Source: an uncultured Acidobacteriota bacterium
Lineage (GTDB): Bacteria > Acidobacteriota > Thermoanaerobaculia > Multivoradales > UBA5704
Reading direction: 5' to 3'
Assembly (NCBI GenBank): GCA_963770895.1
Contig: CAVYRF010000002.1
Span: 3,712,001 to 3,776,000 of the forward strand
DNA length: 64,000 nt
Below are positions 10,901-19,000 of the stretch, piece by piece. The first letter of the stretch is position 1; every line of letters begins with the position of its first letter. The notes under the pieces were generated by a model. The model saw only the letters and a program-made list of their open reading frames with translations. It had not been told where the DNA came from and did no database searches. A program made the translations under genes and the position numbers.

Positions 10901-12528
10901 ATCGCTGGACCGGCAGCGCCGACGTCGCGGTCGGCACCGACGTCGCCAACCGCAACGATCGCCAGAGCGAGGCGGTGATCGGCTTCCTGGTCAACAGCGT
11001 CGTGCTGCGCGTCGACCACGCCGGCAACCCGCCGTTTGCCGAGCTGATCGACCGGGTGCGCCAGGCCGCCCTGGCGGCGTACGCGCACCAGCGGGCACCG
11101 TTCCACCGGGTGGTGGAGGCGGTGCGGCCGGTGCGCGATCCGGCGCGCAACCCGCTGTTCCAGATCATGTTCATCCTGCAGAACGCGCCGCCGCTGCGGT
11201 TGGCGCTGCCCGACCTGGTGGTGACGCCGGTCGCGCTCGACGCTCCGACCTCGGTATTCGACCTGAGCGTGTCGTGGGAGGAGGACGGCGCCGGCGGCAT
11301 GGCCGGCACCTTCCGTTACAACACCGATCTGTTTGCCGCGGCAACGGTCCGCCGGCTGGCCCAAAGCTATGGGGTGCTGGCGGCCGATGCCGCGGCGCGG
11401 CCGGCAACCCGTCTTGACGCCCTCGCGGTCGAGAGCGCCATCGAAAGAGAGCTGAAAACCATGGAATCCAAGAAACGCAAGGACCTGCGCTTCGAGAAGC
11501 TGGGCGCGGCGCGGCCGCGGGCGGTCAGCCTGTCGCAGGAGAGCCTGGTGCGCACTTCGCCGCCGCCCGACGGGGGCCACCTCCCCCTGGTGGTAGAGCC
11601 CGCCGCCCCCGCCGTGGACGTGCAGGCCTGGGCCGCCGCCCACCGCGAGCAGGTGAGCGGCTGGCTGGCCCGGCACGGCGGGGTGCTGTTTCGCGGCTTC
11701 CAGGTCCAGGACCTGGCCGAGTTCCAGGCCCTGATCGCCGCCCTGTCGCCGTCGCTCATCCAGTACGGCGAGCGGTCCTCGCCGCGGTCGCAGCTGGCGG
11801 GCAAGGTGTACACCTCGACGGATCATCCGGCCGACCAGCCGATCGTGCTGCACAACGAGCAGTCGTACACCCTCAACTGGCCGATGAAGATCGCCTTTTT
11901 CTGCGTCGAGCCGGCGGCCGGCGGCGGCGCGACGCCGATCGCCGACAGCCGCGGCATCTATCGCCGCCTGTCGCCGGTGGTGCGCGACGCGTTCGCGCAA
12001 CGCGGCGTCATGTACGTCCGCAACTTCGGCGACGGCCTGGGCCTGCCCTGGCGCGAGGTCTTTCAGACCGCCGACCGCGCCCAGGTCGAGCGCTACTGCC
12101 ACGACGCCGGCATCCAGCTGGAATGGAAAGACGGCGACCGCCTGCGCACCCGCCAGGTGCGGCCGGCCATCCGCAACCACCCGACGACCGGCGAACCGGT
12201 GTGGTTCAACCACGCGGTCTTCTTTCACGTCTCCAGCCTGGACGCGGCGACGCGCGACTCGCTGCTGTCGGGGCTGGCAGCCGACGAGCTGCCGTTCCAC
12301 AGCCTCTACGGCGACGGCGGCGAGATCGAGCCGGCGACTCTGACCGAGGTGCGGCAGGCTTTCGACGCCGAAACCACACGCTTCCCATGGCAGCGCGGCG
12401 ACGTGCTGCTGCTCGACAACATGCTGACCGCGCACGGCCGCGACCCATTCACCGGTCCGCGCAAGATCGCCGTGGCGATGGCCGAACCCTTTGCGGAAGC
12501 CGCCGTGCCGGTCGGGGAGGCGGTTTGA
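1993..12528 (+). CDS. NRPS: ACP-C-A(Ala-like)-T-C-A(basic-residue-like)-T-C-TauD/TfdA-type Fe(II)/2OG beta-hydroxylase
   Basis: ATGA overlap with the upstream gene. GLDSL carrier. C motifs HHLVADFW, HHAVGDLW, HHIVADGW. Two YTSGSTG/FTSGSTG A domains with codes read by eye as DLFNCALTYK and DTEDVGSIGK. Two GGHSL PCPs. C-terminal HNEQSY...AHGR dioxygenase. Confidence 0.95.
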   Translation: MSRAVEERPAVTAPAAARDLDRASLLALPPPARLAALTADLGRRAAAVIGTGTAMLAADEPWTARGLDSLAAVELSHTIESTFGVALALDSLLAGATATGLAAEILDALAGDGAAPQALASTVTAQAAPGGVVGPAERTGRCEVGAMGAPSAAEFLPSSAAASEAGGPASHGQRGLWFVERLTPGSTAYHLAAAARVRRRLPIGALRAAFDRAVERHETLRTTFPARDGEPWRRVAPAAAARDAYDFAEHVLDGVTDAVARRLLEEEAFRPFDLERGPLLRVHCFYRGGDTWLLVAAHHLVADFWSFGLLARELAPPPQAPAPRPGVPPRQAPPAARYGDFVEWQQRLLAGAAGERLAAFWHERLHGLPDLELPADRPRGKVPAVAPVAAVPAVAVPADAAPAAAAPAAAPGAMVGSLLPPALLDRLERLARDHGTTLFTSLLAGFQALLARATGQTDFAVGVPAAGRSAALPGTAEIFGYLVNPLVLRGDLRGDLGFADLVRRTRDELLAALAHQDYPLPLLAQRLRLELGDRPLLRALLILHRPPADLPGLTAFALGQAGGRLRLATAGGAAVELESLPLAPRGAQFELSLACGRRDGSLSVALTYRSDLFDGATAKRLVDHLCNLLAAAVERPAAPLAALLHLGAAERHQLLVEWAAGLCGQAAVSWSRGLAGQGAASINVLHSGNVLHSGPVSAPWAAAGSGAKGGADGPFATTLHQACALQAARTPAAPAVIADGAILTYAQLDERAAALAARLRQLGSGPETVVGVCLPRSAALVTALLAVLKAGAAYLPLDPTYPAQRLHWMIEDAAATLLVTRADVWTARTAPGVRQVEVDADGLPTSPARAGHGVSAESQPAGPDLAPARAAMAAGPANLAYVIYTSGSTGRPKGVGITHGGALRLLAWAGEAFGAAELAGVLAATSVGFDLSVFELFAPLASGGAVVMAENALALHGLAAARQVTLLNTVPSALSALLDLGPLPAGLRTVCLAGEPLPRALADRLHAAQPGVRLLNLYGPSEDTTYSTGATVAAGDPRPPAIGRAVAGSLAYVVGRGGELLPAGIPGELHLGGAALARGYLRRPELTAERFVPDPFGSPGGRLYRTGDLVRLRQDGQLDFLGRIDRQVKLRGFRIEPGEIEAALAAHPAVREAVVDLRRDDPSPRLVAYLTPAAPSAALGAVERPTDEALKAFLGARLPAALVPAAFVWLPALPLSANGKIDRAALPTPERAAPAPADQAPRGPVEQVLAALWCELLGIERIGRDDDFFAQGGHSLLAARLVARMRQALGVELPLAAPFAAPTIAALARRVEEARAAAYGSPVAVDGSLAAAADIQPAPRDRPVPLSAAQRRLWLLDQLSPGQAAYNMPLAVHLRGKLDLRALAAALAEVVRRHEALRTTFVQAPGGEPLQRIARAGASPRLPAGGGNGAAGAAPRLPGGGNGAAGTALRLPGGGNGAAGTALPCIDLAALPAARRGDVASRLAAEAARRPFDLVRGPLLRAILTAASDDEHLLVIVLHHAVGDLWSLGVMLAELAALYQAYRAGAPADLPPPRLQAADHAVWEAARPAPSAADLETWRRRLAGVADLELPLDRPRPAVWDVRGGQIAGSLPAPLVAALAALVRRGGATLFMGLAAAWALLLRRLSGQRQLALGAASGLRERPELAGVVGCFVDTLVLPVTIADGEPFSRLVESVRDAVLASYLHRDLPFDRLVEALRPRRDPARPPLVQALIALQELPPGFAAPRFAGLEVEARPLASGAAQLELSLALRYAAPSGLAGGCGAAGGAGQVPELVGARPHRPGGAAEPLPASGAPAQPAGQSGDHRRGAGRVDAPQLVKEAGRSERFSTAGESGLEGEIEYAARLFDPATVGRLWLSLTALIEGAMRTPQAAAGELPLLPAAARHQLLVEWNDAPAERARAAAPDVMARIAAQVAATPDAVALEAGVSALTYGELGRRVAALASVLARRGIGPETRVALEARRAPEMVLAVLAVLAAGGAYVPLDPAAPAERRARIVVEAAPYLVLGWGGPPLAEYPCPLIALERHGAPVAAATAPPPVTASPAAVPESLPAAASGLPAAATEQGGVPLAHSVAAPPVTASPAAVPESLPVGALGLPAASTNQGGALIAGAAADGDQPAYVLFTSGSTGTPKGVVGRRRALSGYLAAAGEAYGLAAGDRLLQFAALGFDTSAEEMLCGLARGATLVLRDDAMLASCGDFLAACARLGLTVLDLPTAYWHELSAHLAGAPGSLPPALRLVVVGGEAMRRPAADPWVRAGVRLINSYGPTEATIGATAAALTVAALDVLGAAQREVSAGRPVGAAVAHVAAGDAAVAGGAAPGCGEPAPIGVAGELLLGGDGLARGYHGRPDLTAERFVPDPWSGRPGERLYRTGDRARRRADGEIEILGRLDDQVKVRGYRVELGDIEAALLRHPRVSAAAVLLRPAAEGGLVGYVAPAAAQVPPQQPEAIAVAIAAAAAAAAAAAPTEAELRRFVRSLLPEYMVPARCVVLDALPRNLNGKVDRRLLPPPPSPVAATGASSATGATSAADGSSATAAVSAAAAAAAQGAGRGASAGVPDTVPAGVSAAADPLWDAIAAVWAEVLGRPVTGAEEDFFDLGGHSLLAAQVVARLRDRFAIELPLLAIFEAPTVAALAERVAAALAVAGPAADQDTAAGPVAGLDTAAARQAGDDAPLGNAAAVAANAAVAAAGVAPLSHSQERLWFLDRLQSGSPFYNLTGAVHLAGRLAAGALAASLNEVVRRHGALRTTFGSVGGEPVQQIAPRLRLLLPEVDLAALPAARCAVVARRLAAAWGRQSFDLERGPLLAVLFLRLGAEEGMLALAVHHIVADGWSLALLTGELAAGYADLLAGRPPALAEPPQFADLARRERRQLGGAALAAELAYWRGRLAGLAPTELPGDRPRPPVQTFRGAVLPAALPAAVVTALGAAGRSRGATLFMSLLAAWTALLYRWTGSADVAVGTDVANRNDRQSEAVIGFLVNSVVLRVDHAGNPPFAELIDRVRQAALAAYAHQRAPFHRVVEAVRPVRDPARNPLFQIMFILQNAPPLRLALPDLVVTPVALDAPTSVFDLSVSWEEDGAGGMAGTFRYNTDLFAAATVRRLAQSYGVLAADAAARPATRLDALAVESAIERELKTMESKKRKDLRFEKLGAARPRAVSLSQESLVRTSPPPDGGHLPLVVEPAAPAVDVQAWAAAHREQVSGWLARHGGVLFRGFQVQDLAEFQALIAALSPSLIQYGERSSPRSQLAGKVYTSTDHPADQPIVLHNEQSYTLNWPMKIAFFCVEPAAGGGATPIADSRGIYRRLSPVVRDAFAQRGVMYVRNFGDGLGLPWREVFQTADRAQVERYCHDAGIQLEWKDGDRLRTRQVRPAIRNHPTTGEPVWFNHAVFFHVSSLDAATRDSLLSGLAADELPFHSLYGDGGEIEPATLTEVRQAFDAETTRFPWQRGDVLLLDNMLTAHGRDPFTGPRKIAVAMAEPFAEAAVPVGEAV
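4038..4073 (+). repeat. Perfect 18-bp tandem duplication (NVLHSG x2) in the C-A linker
   Basis: aaacgtgctgcattccgg occurs twice consecutively. Confidence 0.9.
6250..6378 (+). repeat. Three near-identical 42-45-bp tandem repeats (PRLPGGGNGAAGTA-like) inside a C domain
   Basis: The core ggcggcaatggagccgccggt recurs in units starting at 6250, 6295 and 6337. Confidence 0.9.
8155..8370 (+). repeat. Imperfect 117-bp tandem duplication (PPVTASPAAVPESLP...) inside an A domain
   Basis: ccggtgac.gcctcgcctgcggctgtgcctga.agcctgccgg at 8164 and 8281. Confidence 0.85.
9985..10044 (+). repeat. Imperfect 30-bp tandem duplication in the T-C linker
   Basis: gccggtcccg.ggcgg....gataccgcg twice (AGPAADQDTA / AGPVAGLDTA). 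Confidence 0.7.
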
Positions 12529-15500
12529 GCGGCGACACCCTGACCGGCTTCCCCCTGTCGCCGCAGCAGCGCCGCCTGTGGCGCCTGGCCGAGCGCGCCG
12601 GCGCCGCACCCTTCGCCGCCGCCTGCCGCCTGCACCTGGAAGGGCCGTTGGCGCCGGAAGCCCTGCGCGCCGCCCTGGAGCAGGTGGCGGCGCGCCACGA
12701 GATCCTGCGCACCCGCTTCCAAAGCTTGCCCGGCATGGCCCTGCCGGTGCAGGTGCCGCTGGCCGCCGGCGACGCCGCGGCCGCGCCCCGGTGGCGCGCC
12801 GCGCCGGCGCCGCCACCCGCGACGCCTGTGCCGCTCATCGGTTTGTCGCCCGCCGCGCAGGCATCGCCGCTGGCCGCTACGCTGGCGTCAGACGGGGCCG
12901 ATGCAACCATCCTCGATCTGGAGCTGCCGGCGCTGTGTGCCGACGCGGGCACGCTGGAAAACCTGGTGGCCGAGCTGGCGGCGGCTTATGGGGAGGCTGT
13001 GCGGGATGCGTCCGGTGACGCAGAGACCGCGCCGGCTGCTGGTGGGGCGGGAGTCGGCGCAGCGGCTTACGGCGAGCCGGCCGACGGCGACGGTGGTGAC
13101 GGCGAGGCTGAGCCGCTCACCTATGCGCAGTTCGCCGAGTGGCAGAACGACCAGCTGGCCGGCGAGGACGCCGAAGCGGGGCGAGCGTTCTGGCGTGAGC
13201 CGCGCCTGGCGGCGGTGCCGCCGCCGCGCCTGCCGGTGACCGCGGAAGCGCCGCCCGAAGCGTTCGCGCCGGCGGCGCTCCGGGTCGATCTTGACGCCGC
13301 CGCGGCCGAGCGGGTCGCCGCCGCGGCCGCGGCGGCCGGGGTGGCAACTGAGCGCTACCTGCTGGCTGCCTGGGCGGTGCTGCTGTGGCGCTACACCGGC
13401 TGCGACGACCTGGTATTGGGACGTCTTGCCGCCGGCCGCGACCACGAGCTGCTGCGGGCCGCGTTCGGGCCGATCGCGCGCCTGCTGCCAGAGCGGGTGG
13501 GACTGGCGCCGGACCTGCCCTATGGCGAGATCCTGCGCCGCGTGACCGCGTGGCAGGAGACGACCGAAGAGTGGCAGGACAGCTTCGCCTTCACCGATGC
13601 CTGGCCGGACGAGGCGGCCGCGGTGGTCGCCGCCTACAGCTGGGAGGAGCCGGCGGCCGTGCCGCCGCCCGCGGCGGGCGTGCGCTTCACGGTCCAGCAC
13701 CTGGCCGCCCAGGTCGAACGCTGCGAGCTGCTGCTCGCCGCCCGCCACGCGGGAGGCGCCCTGACGCTCGATCTGCGCTACGACGCGGCGCGCCTGTCTG
13801 CCGCCGACGTCGCCGGGCTTGGCTGCTGCCTGACGTCGCTCCTGGCAAGCGCGGCGGCAAATCCGGATCGCCCGATCGGCGAGCTGGCGCTGCTCACCGC
13901 CGAACAGGAGCGAACCATCACCGTTTCATGGCGCGCCGATGCGTCAACCGCATCAACCAGCCGGCTTGCCGAGCTGCCGCTGCACCGCCTGCTGGAAGCG
14001 CAGGCGGCACTCACGCCGGAGCGCTTCGCGGTGGCGCCGCTGGCTGACGCGGAGAGCGCGGTGCTGTTCGGCGCCGGCGATGCGCTGGGGCTGACGTTCG
14101 GGCAGCTGAACGAGCGCGCCAACCGGCTGGCGCGCTGTCTGCGCCGGCGGGGCGTGGGTCCCGAAACCCCGGTTGGCTTGCTGTTGCCGCGGTCGGGCGA
14201 CCAGCTGGTGGCGCTGTGGGCGGTGATGAAGGCGGGCGGCGCCTGCCTGCCGCTCGATTCCGCGGCGCCGCCGGCGCGCCTTGCCGGTCTGCTTGCCGCG
14301 GCCGGCGCGCCTGTGGCGCTGGTAGCTGCCGGGCAGGGCGACCCGGCGCCGGCCGGCGCCGGCGGGGCGCGGTTGCTGGACCTGGCGTCGCTGGCGGCCG
14401 AGATGGCCGGCGAAGACGCGGCCGATCTGCCCGATGGCGCCGCCCTGGAAAACCTTGCCTATGTGATCTTCACCTCCGGCTCGACCGGCCGGCCCAAGGG
14501 CGTGCTGGTCGAGCATCGCGCCGTGCTGGATTTGGCGCGTGCGCTGGCAGGGGCGATCGGTGTGTACGGCGAGGGGCGGCCGTTGCGCGTCAGCGTGAAC
14601 GCGCCGCTCACCTTCGATGCTTCGGTCAAGCAGTGGGTGCAGCTGCTCGCCGGCCACACGCTGCAGCTGGTGCCCGAGGAGGTGCGGCTGGACGCCCCGC
14701 GGTGCGTCGAGTTTCTGCGCCGGCAGCGCGTGGACGTGCTGGACTGCACGCCGTCGCAGCTGCGCCCGCTGCTGGCGGCCGGCCTGGGGAGCGACGCGGC
14801 GGACCCGCGCGCGGTGCTGGTGGGCGGCGAGGCGATCGACGCCGCCCTGTGGAGCCGCATGGAGCAGGTGGAGAGCGCCGGGCCGACCCGCTTCTACAAC
14901 GTCTATGGGCCGACCGAGTGCACCGTGGACACCACTGCCCGGTCGCGCGCCGGCGCTGGCCCACGGCCCACCCTGGGGGGCGCCCTGGCCGGCGCCGTCA
15001 CGCTGGTGGTCGACCGCCTGCGCCTGCCCGACCCGGTGCCGGTGCCTGGCGGCTTTGCCGGCGAGCTGTGGGTGGGCGGCTCGCGGCTGGCGCGCGGCTA
15101 CCTGGGCCAGCCGGACGCCACCGCCGACCGCTTCCGCCCCGACCCCTGGGCGACCGTGCCCGGCGCGCGCGTCTATCGCACCGGCGACCTGGTGCGCCGT
15201 CTAGCTCCTGAGGCGCCGCCGGAGCCGGGCGCCGGCGACCAGCTGGAGTTTCTGGGCAGGGCCGACCGCCAGATCAAGGTGCGCGGCTTTCGCATCGAGC
15301 TCGAAGAGATCGAAGCCGCCCTGGCCTCCCACCCGGCGGTGCGCCAGGCGGTGGTGGTGGTCGTGCCCCCGGCGGGTGCCGATGGTGGCGGCGCGCAGCT
15401 GGCCGCCTACGTCGCGCTGCGCACCGCCGAGCAAGGAAGCGCGGCCGATGGTCGCGGCGGCGCCAGCGGTGGCGTCGGCGGAATCACAGCGCCCGGCGCA

Positions 15501-16049
15501 GGCGACCTGCGGGGGTGGCTGCGCGAGCGGCTGCCCGAGCCGATGGTGCCGGCGTTCGTGGTGACGCTGCCCGAGCTGCCGATGACGGCGCGCGGCAAGG
15601 TGGATCATCGCGCCCTTCCCGACGCACGGCAGGCGGCCGCGGCGCGCGCGGCGGTCGCGTACACGGCGCCGCGCAACCAGGCCGAGCGCACCGTCGCCGC
15701 GGTCTGGCAGGAAGTGTTGGGGGTGCCGGTGGTGGGAGTGGATGACAACTTCTTCGACCTGGGCGGCCACTCGCTGCTGATGGTGCGCGCCCACGGGCGC
15801 TTGCAGGAGGAGCTGGGGCGGCCGCTGTCGATGGTTGAAATGTTCCGCTTCACCACCGTCGGCGGGCTCGCCGAGTACCTGGTGGGTGGCCAGGGCGACG
15901 AGCTGTCGCTGGCCGCGGTGCGCGCTCGCGCCGGCAACCAGCGACAGGGCGAACAGCGCCAGCGCCGCGCGGCGCGGCGGCCTTTTGCGGCGCCGGAGCC
16001 GGCGCCGCCCGCGGCGCAGGGCGACGACGGCGACGAGGTGACGCGGTGA
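12525..16049 (+). CDS. NRPS: interface (non-canonical C-like) domain - A (Glu code DAKDLGVVDK) - PCP
   Basis: TTG start at 12525 overlaps the upstream TGA (TTGA), preceded by GGAGG. N-terminus GFPLSPQQRRLW. LPALCAD replaces HHxxxDG. A domain FDASVKQ / LDCTPS / LVGGE / NVYGPTECTVD. PCP GGHSL. Confidence 0.92.
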   Translation: MSGDTLTGFPLSPQQRRLWRLAERAGAAPFAAACRLHLEGPLAPEALRAALEQVAARHEILRTRFQSLPGMALPVQVPLAAGDAAAAPRWRAAPAPPPATPVPLIGLSPAAQASPLAATLASDGADATILDLELPALCADAGTLENLVAELAAAYGEAVRDASGDAETAPAAGGAGVGAAAYGEPADGDGGDGEAEPLTYAQFAEWQNDQLAGEDAEAGRAFWREPRLAAVPPPRLPVTAEAPPEAFAPAALRVDLDAAAAERVAAAAAAAGVATERYLLAAWAVLLWRYTGCDDLVLGRLAAGRDHELLRAAFGPIARLLPERVGLAPDLPYGEILRRVTAWQETTEEWQDSFAFTDAWPDEAAAVVAAYSWEEPAAVPPPAAGVRFTVQHLAAQVERCELLLAARHAGGALTLDLRYDAARLSAADVAGLGCCLTSLLASAAANPDRPIGELALLTAEQERTITVSWRADASTASTSRLAELPLHRLLEAQAALTPERFAVAPLADAESAVLFGAGDALGLTFGQLNERANRLARCLRRRGVGPETPVGLLLPRSGDQLVALWAVMKAGGACLPLDSAAPPARLAGLLAAAGAPVALVAAGQGDPAPAGAGGARLLDLASLAAEMAGEDAADLPDGAALENLAYVIFTSGSTGRPKGVLVEHRAVLDLARALAGAIGVYGEGRPLRVSVNAPLTFDASVKQWVQLLAGHTLQLVPEEVRLDAPRCVEFLRRQRVDVLDCTPSQLRPLLAAGLGSDAADPRAVLVGGEAIDAALWSRMEQVESAGPTRFYNVYGPTECTVDTTARSRAGAGPRPTLGGALAGAVTLVVDRLRLPDPVPVPGGFAGELWVGGSRLARGYLGQPDATADRFRPDPWATVPGARVYRTGDLVRRLAPEAPPEPGAGDQLEFLGRADRQIKVRGFRIELEEIEAALASHPAVRQAVVVVVPPAGADGGGAQLAAYVALRTAEQGSAADGRGGASGGVGGITAPGAGDLRGWLRERLPEPMVPAFVVTLPELPMTARGKVDHRALPDARQAAAARAAVAYTAPRNQAERTVAAVWQEVLGVPVVGVDDNFFDLGGHSLLMVRAHGRLQEELGRPLSMVEMFRFTTVGGLAEYLVGGQGDELSLAAVRARAGNQRQGEQRQRRAARRPFAAPEPAPPAAQGDDGDEVTR

Positions 16050-19000
16050 GCGGCTTCGATCCGGTGCCGCCGCCGGGCCTCGCGGGCCGCGCCGCGCAGG
16101 CCGACGATGCCGGTACTCCCAACAACGTCGGTGACGCCGACCGCACCGACCGGGCGATCGCGGTGGTCGGCATGGCGGGCCGGTTTCCTGGCGCCGAGGA
16201 CTGCGAGGCGCTGTGGCGCAACCTGTGCGCCGGCGTCGAGTCGATCCGCTTCTGGAGCTCCGAGGAGCTGCTGCGCGCCGGGGTCGCGGCGGACGTCGTG
16301 GCCCGCCCCGAGTACGTGCGGGCGCGCGGCCTGCTGGACGGCGTCGAGGACTTCGACGCCGGCTTCTTCGGCTGGAGCCCGCGCGAGGCCGAGTTGACCG
16401 ACCCGCAGCATCGGCTGTTCCTGGAGTGCTCCTGGCAGGCGCTGGAGCAGGCGGGCTGCGACCCGGCGCGCTACAGCGGGCTGCTGGGGGTCTTCGGCGG
16501 TTCGGGCGTCAACCACTACCTGCTGCGCCATCTCTACCCCAACCGCGAGCTGATGGAGCAGGTGGGAGGCTTTCAGGCGTCGATCCACAATCGTGCCGAT
16601 CACCTGGCGACGCGCGTGGCCTACCACTTCGACCTGCACGGTCCGGCGGTGTCGGTGCAGACCGCCTGCTCGACCTCGCTGGTGGCGGTGGCGCTCGCCT
16701 GCCAGAGCCTGCTCAGCTACCAGTGCGACATGGCCCTGGCCGGCGGCGTCACCATCACGCTGCCGCAGGTGCGCGGCTATCTCTACCGGGAAGGCGGCAT
16801 CGAGTCGCCCGACGGCCACTGCCGCGCCTTCGATGCGCGCGCCGCCGGCACGGTCGAGGGCGACGGCGCGGGGGTGGTGGCGCTCAAGCGGCTGGCCGAC
16901 GCGCTGGCCGACGGCGATCCTATCCGCGCCGTGATCCTGGGCGCGGCGCTCAACAACGACGGCGCCGCCAAGGCGGGCTACACCGCTCCCGGCCTGGATT
17001 CCCAGGCCGAGGTGATCGCCACCGCCCATGCGGTGGCGCAGGTCGAGGCCGACTCCCTGGGCATGGTCGAGGCGCACGGCACCGGCACCCAGCTGGGCGA
17101 CCCCATCGAGGTCGCCGCGCTCACCCGCGCCTTCCGCCTGACCAGCAAGCGGCGCGGCTTCTGCGCCCTGGGCTCGATCAAGACCAACCTGGGCCACCTG
17201 GACGCCGCCGCGGGCATCGCCGGGTTGATCAAGGCGGTGCTGGCCGTCGAGCGCGGCCAGATCCCGCCCAGCCTCCACTTCGAGTCGCCCAACCCGGCGC
17301 TCAACCTGGACGAGAGCCCGTTCTACGTCAACGCCAGCCTGCGCCCCTGGCCCGCCGCGGCGGCGCCGCGGCGCGCCGGCGTGAGCTCCTTCGGCATCGG
17401 CGGCACCAATGCCCACGTGATCCTGGAGCAGCCGCCGGCGCGTCCGGCCGGCGGCGCGGCGGCGCCGCTCCCCTGCCAGGTACTGGCGCTCTCGGCGCGC
17501 AGCGGCCCGGCGCTGGAGGCGGCGACCGCCCAGCTGCTGGCGCACCTGCGCCAGTTGCAGGCGTCGCCGGAGGGCCTGGACGCCGGGCGTCTTGCCGACG
17601 TCGCCTACACCCTGCAGACCGGCCGCGCGCTCTTCGCGCACCGGCGGGTGGTGGTGGCCGAGGGCGTCGCCGGCGCCATCGAGGCGCTGGACACGCTCGA
17701 TCCCGAGCGCGTCTTCTTGCGTGTCCAGGCCTCCGGCCACCGGCCGGTCACCTTCCTGTTTCCCGGCCAGGGGGCGCAGTACCCGGGCATGGGCGCCGGC
17801 CTGTACGCCGCGCTGCCGCACTACCGGCGCGAAGTGGACCGGTGCCTGGCGGCGCTGGAGCCACCGCTCGCGGCCGAGCTGGGCGAGCTGCTGCGGCCGG
17901 CCGCCGCCGGCGCCGGCGGCAGCGGTGGCGGGGCGGCTGCGGGCGCACCGGCCGCGGCCGGCGAGGAGGAGCGCAAGCGCGCCGCGGGCGACCGCCTGGC
18001 GCAGACCGCGCTCACCCAGCCGGCGCTGTTCATCGTCGAGCTGGCCCTGGCGCGGCAGCTGATGGATTGGGGGGTGCGGCCCGAAGCGATGTTGGGCCAC
18101 AGCGTCGGCGAATACGTCGCCGCCTGCCTGGCCGGCGTGCTGACGCGCGAAGATGCCGTGCGCCTGGTGGCGCTGCGCGGCCGGCTCATCCAGGAGCTGC
18201 CCGCCGGCGGGATGCTCACCGCCATCCTGCCCGAGCGCGAGCTGGCGCCGCGGCTCACCGGCGGCCTGGCGCTGGCGGCGATGAACGGGCCGTCGCTGGG
18301 CGTGGTGTCGGGGCCGCTCGACCAGGTCGCCGACCTGGAGCGCCGGCTGAGCGCCGAGGGTGTCGTCACCCGCCGCCTGCACACTTCGCACGCCTTTCAC
18401 TCCGCGATGATGGAGCCGGCGCTGCCGGCGTTCCGCGCCGCGGTCGCGGCGCTGCGCCTGGCGGCGCCCCAGATCCCCTACCTGTCCAACCTGACGGGTA
18501 CCTGGATCACCGCCGCCCAGGCCACCGACGCGGACTATTGGGTCGAGCACCTGCGGCGCACCGTGCGCTTCGCCGACGGTGTGCTCCAGCTGCTGCGCGA
18601 GCCGCAGGCGGTGCTGCTGGAAGTGGGGCCGGGCCGCAGCCTGAAGACCGCCGCCCGCTGGCACCCCGCCAAGACGCCGCAGCAGGTGATCGAAACCACC
18701 CTGCCGCACCCGCGCGAGCAGCGCAGCGACCTGGCCGCCCTCTGCGGCGCCCTGGGGCGCCTCTGGCTGGCCGGCGTCGCCCCTGACTGGCAGCGCGTGC
18801 ACGGCGGCCGCCGCCAGCTGGTGGCGCTGCCCACCTATCCGTTCGAGCGCCGCCGCTACTGGATCGAGCCGCCGGCAGAGACCCCGGCCGGCCGCGCCGC
18901 GGCGGACGCGACCTCCCGTCGCGCCGACCTTGCCGACTGGTTCTATCGCCCGGTCTGGCGCGAAGCGCCGCTGGCTCCCCACGCGACGGCCGCCGCCGCG

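Noticed and set aside
12123-12524. ORF-track N-terminal extension of the third NRPS
   Set aside because: Overlaps the hydroxylase domain in another frame; TTG 12525 has an RBS and stop-start coupling
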